Of a stretch of DNA of 64,000 nt, positions 24,520 to 37,905 are shown piece after piece. Numbering within the stretch: position 1 is the stretch's first letter; the number at the start of each line of letters is the position of its first letter. A model generated the notes under the pieces. It was not told where the DNA came from. It saw nothing but the letters and a program-made list of their open reading frames with translations, and did not search any database. The stretch comes from Octopus sinensis (Eukaryota), in assembly GCF_006345805.1 (NCBI RefSeq), contig NC_043002.1, forward strand, positions 49,104,001-49,168,000, read 5' to 3'. Made by a program: the position numbers and the translations under genes.

Positions 24520-24680
24520 CGTTGCCATAAATTAACGTTTCGGCAAAAAAGAGTATTAGAATAACCACTAGACTTAAAGATAAGTCGATTAGTTCTACTG
24601 AAACCCTTCCAGGCAGTGTCCCAGCATGGTTGCCGTCCAATAACTGAAACAGGTAAAAAAATTAAAAGATAAAAGACCAC
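24520..24680 (+). mobile_element. SINE family A tail fragment
   Basis: AATTAACGTTTCGGCAAAA...CCCAGCATGG. Confidence 0.6.
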
Positions 24681-25191
24681 CATTGACATTACTACCTCCA
24701 CTATTGTTTACTGCCATCCTTACTATCACAATAAACCACTAGTAATAACTAATGTAAATGTTATCAATAGGCCTGTCCAGCAATCAGCATAAACGTCAAC
24801 ATTAGTGATACAAGCGCTATCCTTATCACCATTGTTACCACCATTCATTATTATCACAGTTTTTATGCAACCCAAACTCTAGATCACTTCTACTTATCAA
24901 CATTGGTTTTACTGCCACCATTACTTTGACGCAGCTCATTTTCAACTGTACTGAAGCTTTAAAAAAAACGTTATTTATAACATACGTCATGTTAGGATTA
25001 ATCCAGTCAGCTTATTTAGTGTGAAATCTTTAAGGAGACCAACGCGGGTCGAGCTGAAGATATTGTTACGTTCTTCAAGTTCGTTTTAGTCATTAGATAC
25101 AGTTAGCATACTTGGGTTGTTGTTGCGCAGCCTTCATCAAGAACTGCCATCGACAAACAGGCAGTCGATTGAACAACCAGATATGATTCGT

Positions 25192-25440
25192 GGAGGCGCG
25201 TGGCTTAGTGGTAAGGGTGTCAGCACCATGGTCGTAAGATTGTGGTTTCGATTCCTGGACCGGGTGACGCGTTGTGTTCTTGAGCAAAACACTTCATTTC
25301 ACGTTACTCCAATCCACTCATCTGGCAAAATTGAGTAACGCTGCGATGGATTGGCGTCCCGTCCAGTTGGAGAACACATACGCCACTGAAATCGGAAACC
25401 GGGCCCATGAGCCTGGCTAGGCTTTAAAAGGGTGCATTTA
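25192..25440 (+). mobile_element. SINE with family D head and a distinct tail
   Basis: GGAGGCGCGTGGCTTAGTGG head; tail contains GCTGCGATGGATTGGCGTCCCGTCCAG. Confidence 0.8.
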
Positions 25441-25507
25441 TGTTTTAAATTTTACTACTAGTACAACCCACAACACAGACGTATACATACATACATACAT
25501 CTACCTA

Positions 25508-25544
25508 CCACGCGCGCGCGCGCACACACACACACACACACCTA

Positions 25545-25596
<52 letters not shown>
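25508..25596 (+). repeat. (CG)n-(CA)n-(GCAC)n alternating purine/pyrimidine tract
   Basis: Direct reading. Confidence 0.9.
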
Positions 25597-25923
25597 GTTT
25601 GCTGGATTCTTGTATCAACTCTCTCAAAACAGCAGCCATTCTAAAGTGGAAATAAGCTTATGTTAGCTAAATTTGTCGAAAATTCGGTTTCGAGAAACAA
25701 GGCCTGTCCCATCGCTTCATATGTAATATCGCATATAATTGTTTCAAGTAGTTTTTTCCAAATTGTTTTAACTCTGTTACACATTTATCATTCAGACAAA
25801 TGTGGTATCTCTAAATACTCCAGCTTTGTATATACGTACGTATGTGTAGGTGTGTGTGTATGTGTATACATATATACACATGTATATATCGCTTACATCA
25901 TATCAATGTTTCGAATTCCACCG

Positions 25924-25975
<52 letters not shown>

Positions 25976-25990
25976 TAGATAGATAGATAA

Positions 25991-26061
<71 letters not shown>

Positions 26062-26812
26062 TAGATAGATAGATAGATATTACGCTTTTAGTCTGACAGT
26101 AATTCTGCCGTGAAACATTTTTTGTAACGCACGAGCATTTCTCTAAAGGTCATGAATAGATCTTGGTATTTAACTCTCATTTGTACTAAGTTCTACAGAT
26201 AGAATTAAGTTCCTTATTGAAGGATACTTAATCCTAAAATGCGAGGGCAATGAGTTATCTACTAACACATCCCCCACTCCTAGGTAGACTGGATACTTAT
26301 TATTCGTTAATTTTGCTTTCTAGTAGATTAATATATGTGACCATCGAGTATTTGTACCGCATTGCTAGATTTGAAGAATAATGAGAGAAGCTAATAAAGT
26401 AGCGAGGTTTTTTTCCTGTTGCTAAGACGAGGGAGAAATTGAGTGAAGTTTGTATAGCTTAAGTTTCTTATGACGCTGGCAACACAAAATACTTTAAGAA
26501 ACCAATTTGGCGCGTGAAAGCTAAGTATTCAGAATTAGGAACTCCTTGATATCATCAATACAATATACTGGATTGACGTTCATCTACTGAGAGCATCAAC
26601 TAATGAATAATATTAGAGAGTGTGGTAGAGGACCGCTTCTTAATGATGAAATCGTTCCTAACTTTATCAAATTTTATTTCGCGGAACATTCGTGTAATTA
26701 ATGTTTTTCTTACATTTTTTCTTTCTTTTTGCTTCAATGGTGAACAATTAGATAGCGCTCAATTGAAGAACATCCAAGATTTCCACCTGCAGCTGCTGCT
26801 GCTACTGCAGCA

Positions 26813-26850
<38 letters not shown>

Positions 26851-27858
26851 CTATCTAATTCTTTTTCGGTATTTCTTGTCGGTGCTTAATTCTGTGATAT
26901 TTTTTGTTTTGTTTTGTCTGCCTTCGCTCTTCAAAGAACAAATTTGACGTGACAATAATTTTTAGATAACAAGATCATTTTAACCAGAATCGTAAATCTG
27001 TTATCATCGAAGGTTGAGCTCTATTGGTTACCAAATCAAGGAATTTGAACGTGACTATAAATGAGGAAAATACTTGCTTAAATCCTATCTTTCACGTTCG
27101 ATATTCAAACGACGAAATAGTATTTTTCAGCTTAATAATTTTCCATTTCAGTCCTACCAGTATTTGACAAAATAGAGGTTCATAATCTGTTTGTGAAAAA
27201 CAAATTATTCCCCATCTTTTTAAAATATGAATGTGACGCCACCAAAAATGAATAACATTATTGTTAATGGCGTGAAGTTGTAAGGATTTTTTGGGGGACG
27301 ATAACTGATGAGGAATGAGCGCGTTCATATCTTGTGCTTATTTTCCGTTCGTTCCTGTGCCGTGATTCCGTTTAATTTTTGAAACTTATTATGTATGTGT
27401 GTGTGTGTTTACGATGTGACATTATTCTATCACTATCTCTATTCTCTCTCTTCTTCTTCCTCTTCTTTCTTTCTTTTTTCTCTCCTACCCTTTCTCTAAT
27501 TCTTCTGCTCCCCTTCACCGTTCTCTATCTGTCTCTTTCTCTCCCTCACTCTTCCTCCTTTACTCTCTTGTTGTTCACACGTGACCAGTGGCCATCTTTC
27601 TTTTAACTCGAATTTCTTACTTTTTCTCCTTACGCTACAAGGGAAAGCGCGCATTTTTGTCTGTCTTCTGTCAAAGTTTGTTTCTCCAGCGTTTACCACT
27701 TCACTTCGTTATGGCTCAATACACCTTACCGTTTGTTTTAACTGTTCTGTTTTCGTTACCAACTTTAACCCTCCGCAAATACCAAATTTGATTCTATTTG
27801 CTTTGCGGGAACGACTGTTTTGACGTCCTGTACCCATATATGCATATGTATATACATA

Positions 27859-27943
<85 letters not shown>

Positions 27944-27959
27944 TGTTGTGTGTGTGTGT

Positions 27960-28290
27960 GGAAGTGCACTGGCCTAGTGGTTAGAGCAGCGGATTCGCGG
28001 TCGTAGGATCGCGGTTTCGATTCCCAGACCGGGCATTGTGAGTGTTTATTGAGCGAAAACATCTAAAGCTCCCCGAGCCTCCGGCAGGGGGTGGTGCAGA
28101 ACTCTGTTGTACTCTTTCACCAGAACTTTCTCTCACTCTATCTTCCTGTTTCTGTTGTACTTGAATTACAAAGGGTCAGCCTTGTCACACTCAGTGCCAC
28201 GCTGAATCTCCCAGAGAACTACGTTAAGGGTACACGTGCTTGTGGAGTGCTCAGCCACTTGCACACTAATTTCTCGAGCAGGCTGTGCCA
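27960..28290 (+). mobile_element. Chimeric SINE: family C head + family D tail
   Basis: First ~190 bp match 10820; the last ~130 bp match the tails of 1260 and 18045. Confidence 0.8.
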
Positions 28291-28384
28291 CGACGATATA
28301 TGTGTATATATATATATATAAAAAATTGAAAAGAATGTTTCACGCAACGTAGTTCTCCAGAGCTTCGTTGCATGGAAGCAATTG

Positions 28385-28582
28385 TAGTGATTAAGAAATA
28401 AATGTCCAACCGTACCCTTCTTGATGACTCCATTTTTTTCAGTTACTTATTCACACACGACAGATGCCCAAATGCCAATCTGGAAGTTCGTATGATGCTA
28501 CTACTGGATAGCACAGAGTAAATCTGAAGGCAGACGAGCTTTATTCTATATACTCTACTACGTTCTTAACAGAATATACCAT
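28385..28582 (+). repeat. Unclassified repeat, paralog of ~4344-4580
   Basis: Shared ATTCACACACGAC..ATGCCCAAA...CTACTGGATAGCACAG...CTACTACGTTCTTAAC.GAATATACCATA. Confidence 0.75.
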
Positions 28583-28619
28583 ATATATATATATATATAT
28601 ACACACACATACATACTTA

Positions 28620-28850
28620 TTATGTTTTACTTGTTTCTGTCATTAGACTGTGGCCATGCTGGGGCACAGCCCCGAAATTATTTGTTGAATGAATCGACCC
28701 CAGTACTTATTCTTTGTAAGCCTAGTACTTATTCTATCGGTCTCTTTGGCCGTACCGCTAAGTTACAGGGACGTAACACACACCAACATCGGTTGCCAAG
28801 CTATGTTGGGGGACAAATACAGACACACAAACATATACACAAACACACAC

Positions 28851-28882
<32 letters not shown>

Positions 28883-28904
28883 AATATATATATAAATATA
28901 TATT

Positions 28905-28944
<40 letters not shown>

Positions 28945-29097
28945 TATATATATATTATATATATATATATATATATACACGACGGGCTTCTTTCTGCTTC
29001 CGTCTACCAAATCCACTCACAAGGCTACGCAGTGGGACTGAACATGGAACCATGTGGTTGGTAAGCAAGCTCCTTACCACACAGTCACTCCTGCGCC
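28620..29097 (-). mobile_element. SINE family A (internally deleted head)
   Basis: Tail ~28620-28830, head ~28978-29097. Confidence 0.8.
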
Positions 29098-29098
29098 T

Positions 29099-29140
<42 letters not shown>

Positions 29141-29249
29141 TGTGTGTTGCTTTTTGTTGTTGATTGGTCGAATAGACACATGGGTAACGGCTTTCCAACC
29201 GTCGCCGTTCAAGAATGGTTTATTTCCGTAGTATCGGAATAAGTCTTTA

Positions 29250-29635
29250 GTCCCACAGTGCAGCATCTTGGTTAAATTACCTCTACTATGACCCAGGCCC
29301 GACCAATGCCTTGTGATAAATTTGAGAAACAAACTGTTTAAGCCCGTCATGTGTGTGCGTGTGGTGAGTGTATGTGTGTGTGTGCGTATGTACGTATATA
29401 TGTATATATACTGACATACATATATATGTATGTTTATCCTCTATTCCCCACTATTTGACAACCGATGTTAGCTAGTTTATGTCCATTTAACATTGCGATT
29501 CAGCAAAATAGACAATGGAATAATCTCCAGACCATAAAAAATAAGTACTTGGGTCGATTTGTCCAACTATATTCTTGAAGGCAGTGTGTGCCCCAGCATG
29601 GTCGCAGGCCAATCATTTCAGTAAAAGCTAAAAGA
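29250..29635 (+). mobile_element. SINE family A, diverged
   Basis: GTCCCACAGTGCAGCATCTTGG...GGGTCGATTTGTCCAACT...CCCCAGCATGG. Confidence 0.65.
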
Positions 29636-29713
29636 TACAAACTCTATATCCGCTTTTTTAAAGAAGGGGAACAAAAATTTTCGCTCATATAGTTTTCAAG
29701 TCGTTTGCTTAAT

Positions 29714-30058
29714 GCAGGAGTGGCTGTGTGGTAGTCCCACTGCATGGCACCTTGGGCAAATGTCTTCTACTATAGCCTTAGGTCCACCAAAACCTTGTGA
29801 GTGGATTTGGTAGACGGATACTGAAAGAAGCCCGTCGTATATATATGTATATATTTGTGTGACTGTTTTCGTCCCACGCACCATAGTTTGACAACCGATT
29901 TTGGTGTGTTTACGTCCCTGTAACTCAGTGGTTGGGCAAAAGAGACCAATAGAATAAGTACAAGGCTTACAAAGAATAAGTCCTAGGGTCGGTTTGTTCG
30001 ACTAAAGGTGGTGCTCCAGCATAACCGCAGTCAAATGACTGAAACAAATAAAAGAATA
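29714..30058 (+). mobile_element. SINE family A (B-box region deleted)
   Basis: GCAGGAGTGGCTGTGTGGT joins directly to AGTCCCACTGC. Confidence 0.85.
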
Positions 30059-30393
30059 GTGTTTTGCCAGTTTTTGAAACAATTGGTTTAACCCACAATA
30101 GCTGAGCACAGGTACGACTAAAAGCATTTCAGCTTTGATTAAATAAGTTTTATTTTTTAGGTTTTTTTTGCATATTTAGATTTACATTAGCTAGTGTGTC
30201 CTTCATTTATTTAAAGACAGCAGTCTATGATTTGAAGGTACTCAGCTACAATTTCTAGCAAGTCGAGGGGACTGTGTGAATAATTATTCGTTTGGTATAT
30301 ATATAATATATATATATATATATATTATATATAATATATATATATATATATGTATACATATATAATATATATATATATATACATATGCATACA

Positions 30394-30460
<67 letters not shown>

Positions 30461-30470
30461 ATATATATAT

Positions 30471-30530
<60 letters not shown>

Positions 30531-30534
30531 ATGT

Positions 30535-30853
30535 TATAAATTCATAGCGCCCCTTAAACCACTGCCCGCCTCCCAATGTCTCCTTTTTCTCTACCGCCCC
30601 CGCACTACTCCCTTAGACACCAGCACCCATCTCACCCTCTCAACGCCCACCAGGGTGGCACGGTAGAACCTATGGTCTAAGATATTGCTCGCATCAGGCA
30701 AGAAATTAAAAATATTTTGTTGACCCATAACACTCCATGGACCCTAAGTAGTGCATTTGTATAATTTGAATGAAATCGGTTGGTAGTTGTCGAGTTTTAG
30801 TGATGCACACATACAGATAGACAGACATACATTCTTAATTTTATACATATAGA
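30535..30853 (-). mobile_element. Helitron-like element, 5' end only
   Basis: Minus strand starts A|TCTATATGTATAAAATTAAGAATGTATGTCTGTCTATCTG; no 3' hairpin/CTAG found. Confidence 0.45.
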
Positions 30854-31182
30854 TATACACACACAATTATACACACTCATACACATATTTTCGTATTCAA
30901 AAATGTTTTTCAACAAAATATTTACTTTTACTATTGATAATTTCATATCTGCTTCGAGAGGCATTATTTCAGAAAGAATTATTTCACATTCCCCCTAAAG
31001 TTCTTAAAATTCCTAAGACATCAACAATGTAAATAGAAATATACATCTACACACACAATTGCGCACGCGCACACACAAACACATTTATATATACATACGT
31101 TTATATATATACACACACACACATATATATATATATATGCATATATATACACGTATATATAAAAATATACGTATACATACAA

Positions 31183-31243
<61 letters not shown>

Positions 31244-31246
31244 GAC

Positions 31247-31301
<55 letters not shown>

Positions 31302-32601
31302 CACACGCGTGCACACACACACACACGCACACACACACGCACTTACACACACATACGCATCCTATCACCAAGGTCGGTATGGTGACGGCCGCCACAGCAG
31401 TAACAGCAAAGGTGTCGGTAGCAGTGACAGCAGTTAATAATATAACAGCGGTAGCAGTCACAGGAGTTGTGATTTCGGAGAACGTGGAAAACTAAGAATA
31501 GCGGCAGTAGTAGTAGCAGTAATAACACCAGTAGCAGCAGCAGCAAGAATAGCAGAAGCAACAGTAATAAAAGTGGATATATATTGAGGTGTATTGAAAA
31601 TAACAGAGCAGTAATAACAATGCGTGTAGATACGAAGGCAGCGGCAACAGCAACAACAGCAGCAGCAGCAGCAGCAGCAGCGGCAGCAGAAACAGTTGAA
31701 CAGGGGGGGGGGGAAGAGAATGCTTCGATGCGGTTGCTCGATTTGCTAGAAATAGTAGTGAAATCGCTCTCAATAACTTAATCTTCTTATAAATTGGATA
31801 ACGTGCTCTAACAAACGTCATTCCCTTTTTTGCAAAGAAATCAAGTGGATGGTCATGCCTGGAATTCTCTCCGTCTTTAAACAACAGCAATAGCCTAATT
31901 CAGAGAAGGAGCCGTTACATGAACGTTAGAAGAAACAGACAAATCATCCTTCCAATAACATCATCTCTTCTTGAAAAAAGGAAGAACACATCGGATTCTG
32001 TAGTTCCAGATATCATAGTGAAGATTAGCCAAAATAACAGCAGCAGCAACAGCCGTTCAAGAATTTGGACCTGGAGATCTCCATTTCCAGCGACTTTGAG
32101 GGGCACCTCCCAGTGGTGTCGGGCGTCAACGAAGAGCCCTCGACTACAACAAGACGACCAAAGTTTTTTTGTTTTTTTTCCAAGGTCTGGGGTCTCCCGC
32201 CCCTAAGCCCTAGACCATCACCTAATCACCCTTACCCGTCTTGCTGCTTAACAACAACAACAGCTGAAGAACAACATGCGATGTAATGGCAACACATAAC
32301 AACAATAAGGTCAGATGTGATGACAGCGTCAACAACAACAAAGGTACTCATCATTGATAATGACCGTAGTAATAACAAAGGTGCACTTCATTGATAATGA
32401 CTACAACAACAACGGTCAAGGTGGCTGTAACAGTCAAGGTGACTGTGAGCATGTCATCATTAATAACATGTTCTTATAAGTGAGCAGCAGCCAGAGGACT
32501 GGAAGGATGTCCACGAGTTATACAACACACAAACCAGTAACAACAATTAAGTATTTGTTGACAGCGAGAGCAACGGCTTCATTAAAGGTGAAGGTAATAC
32601 T

Positions 32602-33025
32602 AGTTCCAAGTTATGGTACAAAGCCAGCTAGTTCGGAGGAGGGGATAAACCGATTACATTGACTCCAATGCGCAACTGGTAGTTATTTTGTCGACTCTGA
32701 AACGATGGAAAGCAAAGTCAACCTCAGCGGCATTTGAAATCATAACGTGAAGACGGACCAAGTGCCGCTAAGAATTTTGCCCGGCGCAGTAACGATTCTG
32801 TCACCTTACCGACTAAAGGGTGGATGTAACATCGGTTTCAAATTTTAGCACAAGGCCAGCAATTTCTGAGCTGGTGGGTGGAGGGTGCTCACCTGCTACT
32901 TATTCTATCGACACTGGAAGAATGAAAGGAAAATAGACGTCGGCAGAATTTGAACTTAACACGTGAAGACGGACGAAATGCTGCTAAGTATTTAACCCGG
33001 CGCGGTACGATTCTGCCAACTCACC
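32602..33025 (-). mobile_element. Two tandem SINE family B copies
   Basis: The second copy is flanked by AAGGGTGGATG(T/C)AACATC(G/A)GT at ~32817-32837 and ~33031-33051 (diverged TSD). Confidence 0.8.
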
Positions 33026-33250
33026 GACTTAAGGGTGGATGCAACATCAGTAGCACCATGATCAGCGGGAGCATCATGATCAACATCAGCAACATCAGCA
33101 GCAACAGTAAAAAGAAAAGCCTAAATGACCATCAGAAGCAATTCGGGTGGGTGCAAAATCAGTTGCAATGAGGGTGGGTGGAATGACAGACCAACAGCAG
33201 TTTTATAGAGAGAATGCATTAACATCAACAAAAGTGATAGTAGCAGCTGA

Positions 33251-33400
33251 GCCGTCTGGGCAGCATTCTAGGCTCCCAAGCAAATCAACGCACTGGGCCC
33301 TATTTATATAGTTATTTGTTGACAGCATGCATACATGGATCAGAATTGGGCCTTAGGCCTGTGTGGCTCCTGGACAACTACCTGTGTGCTTTAAGACGGC
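33251..33400. mobile_element. Possible degenerate hAT-like MITE
   Basis: Short inverted termini GCCGTCT/AGACGGC with internal GGGCCC/GGGCCT motifs. Confidence 0.3.
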
Positions 33401-33495
33401 ACCGAGAACCAGTGGGAGCTTACAATAACGTTGGTGGCCTCTGCGGGGTTGATAATGCAATTGGTTGTATGTATGCATGCATATTAGTGTTTGTA

Positions 33496-33555
<60 letters not shown>

Positions 33556-33719
33556 TGTATGCTCATTTCTGTTTTTAATTATTTAAATTCTTCCTCTGAG
33601 GAAGGAGCTAGCACGTATGTTCTTTTTCTCTTTTTAATTTAGAGTAAATTTTGACCGACCACCTACTTAGTAGCAAGGTTGTGAGGAAAAGTATCTTTTA
33701 ACCATCATCTTTTCAATCT

Positions 33720-34165
33720 TAATCGCAGATTTTTATAGTCCCATTTATAGTAATCCTTTGTAGCATATGAATCAAGGATTTGTATTCCCATCCCAAGATC
33801 TCAAGTTCAGCCATATTTTACTCCAGACGAGTTGGTGTGTATCCTGTTGCTCCGAGGCTGAGAGTGTATCTTGAGTACTGGATTTGCAAATTCCTTATCA
33901 GTGATCTATAGATGTTCTCTTTCTCTTGTAGTTTTCTAACCACATTGGTGTCCAGAGGGTAGCTGATTTCCACAATAGAACATATATTTTCTTTGTTGTC
34001 TCACACAACGATATCTGGCAGGTTGTGTTTTAATTTAGTGGCTGTTTTAAGTTCCACCAATGTTCTTTCTCTATATGGTCAACTTAGTTTGTACATATTT
34101 TCTTTTTTGTTATTCTGTTCCAGTCCTTTTTGGCACCGCATTGTTTCACGGGAAAACATCTGGAA
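33720..34165 (-). pseudogene. R4/Dong-like LINE, RLE endonuclease fragment (copy 2)
   Basis: KEHWWN..KLKHNLPDIVV*DNKENICSIVEISYPLDTNVVRKLQEKENIYRSLIRNLQ...LQRITINGTIKIC: PD-(D/E)xK-type RLE motif. Confidence 0.85.
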
Positions 34166-34167
34166 GA

Positions 34168-34815
34168 TATGTATGTCAATATTCAGTTGTAGTTCAAGAT
34201 TTCTTACCAATAGGGTAAGAGCCGGTTCCTTACGTAGATCCAAGACTCTTTCATTGGAATTTCAACAACATCAACAGGGTATTTTTGTTTCTATGTATGT
34301 ATTTTCATCCATATTCTTGCATATCTAGACATGGTCATATACACTTAAATGATGAACTTCTGGAAAGTTTTGCAGATTTTTACAATGATGGCTTGGATCT
34401 GTAGTCTTCGAATCAGTTTTCTTCTTTCTGGTTTTGAGAAGCCTAATTTCTCAGTATAGTTATTTAGGCAGTGTGTTACATATCCCAGTACTCCCAATAA
34501 TTACAGGTACAAACCTGAACTTGTAATCTGGATAAAGTAACTCTAAATTTCTCAATAGTTCAGCGGAGGTTCACTTTTTCACTGACCTTCAGCTTTATGT
34601 TAACATCCGCTGAGGAGCTGATTTCCACAACTATACGCTTTTCTTCTCTATCCCAGATCATTATATCAAGTCTATTGTGTTTACATATTATTAAGATTTC
34701 AACGGGACATTCTACCAATACTCCTTTTTATTATGAGTGGCTATGCCTTCTACCATATTGTGGGTTCTTATTTCTTTGTCCTCGAGGTTATCCTTTCGGC
34801 GGATTTCATTATATA
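34168..34815 (-). pseudogene. 5'-truncated R4/Dong-like LINE, RLE fragment + 3' UTR (copy 1)
   Basis: ATHNKKEYW*NVP..CKHNRLDIMIWDREEKRIVVEISSSADVNIKLKVSEK..LLRNLELLYPDYKFRFVPVII..VKICKTFQKFII*. The 3' UTR extent to 34168 (ending GACATACATA) is partly from recall of this family. Confidence 0.85.
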
Positions 34816-34910
34816 ATGTATGTATATATGTATGTGCGTATATATGTATGTGTGTATGTATGTGTATATGCATATATGTATACATATACATACATACATA
34901 CATACATACA

Positions 34911-34942
<32 letters not shown>

Positions 34943-35016
34943 CACACACGTACATATATATACACCTACATATTAATGCGTATATTTGTGTTTGTGTGTG
35001 TGTATATATATATATA

Positions 35017-35400
35017 GGCGCAGGCGTAGCTGTGTGGTAAGTAACTTACTTACCAACGACATGGTTCCGGGTTCAGTCCCACTGCATGGCACCTTGAGCA
35101 AGTGTCTTCTACTATAGCCTCAGGCCAACCAAAGCATTGTGGATGGATTTGGCAACCGGAAACTGAAAGAAGCCCGTCGTATGTCTGTGTGTGTTGGTGC
35201 GTCTGTGTTTGTTACCCCACCATCGCTTGAAAACCGATGTTGGTGTGTTTACATCCCCGTAAATTTAGCAGATCGGCAAAAGAGACTGATAGAATAAGTA
35301 CTAGGCTTACAAAGAATAAGTTCTGGGGTCGATTTGTTCGACTAAAGGCGGTGCTCCAGCATGGCCGCCATCAAATGACTCAAGTAAAAAAAAGAATAAG
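35017..35400 (+). mobile_element. SINE family A
   Basis: Full head and tail. Confidence 0.9.
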
Positions 35401-35481
35401 GGAAAACACACGCACACATGCATACACGCGCATGCACACATACAACGCATATTGACAGACTGACAGACAGACATAGATAAG

Positions 35482-35556
<75 letters not shown>

Positions 35557-35959
35557 GTTGTGTGTGAGAGAGAGGTGGGGCAGAGGAGATTTAGACAAAG
35601 AGAAGCTATCGTAAGACAAACCGTTAATACGACAAAACACAAGATAGAATATCTATTAATTATATGCTATATGATATAATCAGAACGAATATTTCGCCTC
35701 GTGTTTTCACTACTTCATTCTCCCACTTCCCTTTCTGACATTTCCGTCAAACTATTAGGACTGAATGAACAACATATTTTTACTTTGACGGTCATGTTTT
35801 TGTCATTGGGACACATGTTATATGGTTTTGAAGTCTTTATTTCATCTACAAATCTTCTTGTTCTTGATATTAATGTATTTTAGATGTTGATAATGACAAA
35901 GATGGACATTAGCCTGATTTTATTGTTGTAGCTGTCGGTGAAACTATCATTTATTTGTT

Positions 35960-36615
35960 ATCTTTTATTTGTTTTGATTATTGGACTGTGGCCATACTGC
36001 AGCACCACCTTGAAGGGTTTTAGTCGAACAAATCTCCCCCAGCACGCGCATGCGCGCACACAAATCTTTTATATCCTTTCACTTGATTCAGTCAATTGAT
36101 TGTGCCCATACTGCAGCACTGCCTTGAAGGGTTTTAGTCGAACAGATCTTCCCTAGCACGTTTTTTTTTTTTATCTACGTCTGTCTGGTTCTCATTCCAT
36201 CTCGCTCTTTCACCGAACTACTAAGTTACGAGGGCGTAAATAAACCAACACCAGTTGTGAAGCGGCGTGGAGGAAGACACACAAACACATCTTTTATATT
36301 TTTTATTTGTTTCTGTCAATGGACTGCGACCATGCTTGGGCAACGCCTTGAAGGATTTTAGAGAACAAACTGATTCCAGTACTTATTTTTTAAAGACAGT
36401 ACTTATTATATCGATTCCATTTACCGAACCACTTACGTACAGGAACGTAAACAAACTAAGGCCTTCCATACAGTTTCCGTCTGCGATTTTCCCTCACAAC
36501 GCATCGGTCGGCTCAGAATTTTAGTAGATAACAATTACAGAAGTGCCGCGTAGTGAAACTGAACTCAAAACCAAGTGGTTACCAAGCGTGATTCTTAACC
36601 GCACAGCCATGCCTA
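35960..36615 (-). mobile_element. Stack of diverged SINE family A fragments
   Basis: Three GACTG(T/C)G..CAT.CT.G.GCA tail ends plus a head remnant at ~36460-36610. Confidence 0.7.
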
Positions 36616-36689
36616 CAACTAAATGTACACCCTGCTTCAGGAAAAATTACAAGTTCTCGAGTTCGATCCACAATGTGTAGTATCTTGAA

Positions 36690-37078
36690 TGAGTGGCTGT
36701 GTGGTGAGTAGCTTGTTTACCAGCCACATGGTTCCGGGTTCAGTCCCACTGCGTGGCACCTTGGGCAAGTGTCTTCTACTATAGCCTCGGGCCGACCAAA
36801 GCCTTGTGAGTGGATTTGGTAGACGGAAACTGAAAAGGAGCCCGTCGTATATATGTATATATATATGCGTGTGTGTTTGTGAGTCTGTGTTTGTCCCCCT
36901 AGCATTACTTGACAACCGATGCTGGTGTGTTTATGTCCCCGTCACTTAGAGGTTCGGCAAAAGGGACCGATAGAATAAGTACTGGGCTTACAAAAGAATA
37001 AGTCCCGGGGTCGAGTTGCTCGATTAAAGTCGGTGCTCCAGCATGGCCGCAGTCAAATGATTGAAACAAGTAAAAGAG
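36690..37078 (+). mobile_element. SINE family A, near-consensus
   Basis: Full head and tail. Confidence 0.9.
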
Positions 37079-37405
37079 TTGGGTTGACTCCAAATCGGAA
37101 TGATGGAAACTATACAGATGCGCACCGAATGGTCTATCGCAGGAATTCAAAAGTCCAGCTTTCTCTTATTGTGCTACACTTATTCCACCCGCGAATTATG
37201 CTAAGGGTATGCGTGTCAGCAGAATCTTATGACACTAAAAAGTTTATAGAACTAACAAAAGAATACACACCGTCGATTTTATCTATTTATTCATTTATTA
37301 GTTAAAAAAGGTACACCAATGTCTGAAGAACATAAAGTTTCGTATACGTATGTATGCACATGTATGTGTGTGTGTGTGTGGTGTGCATTGCGGGTAGCTA
37401 ATATA

Positions 37406-37439
<34 letters not shown>

Positions 37440-37444
37440 TAATA

Positions 37445-37477
<33 letters not shown>

Positions 37478-37533
37478 AATATATTTATATATATATATAT
37501 ATTATATTATTTATATATATTAGAGTATATATA

Positions 37534-37580
<47 letters not shown>

Positions 37581-37869
37581 GCATACACATATGTATACAT
37601 ATATACCACCACAAATGCATTTTTCTACACACACTCATAGATATACTCATATATATGCACACACACTTACACACACACACACACACCACACACACACACA
37701 ATTATTTCTCTCTGTCTATGTATGTATGTGTATATGATATATATATATATATATATATATATACACTGTCTGTCTGAAATCAGTCTATCTGAATATATAA
37801 ATATGTATATATATATACACCACACGCACACACATAAATAATAATATTAATAATAATAATAATGATAAC

Positions 37870-37905
<36 letters not shown>

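Noticed and set aside
27305-27340. CTGATGAG motif
   Set aside because: No downstream GAAA core or stem I/III; not a hammerhead.
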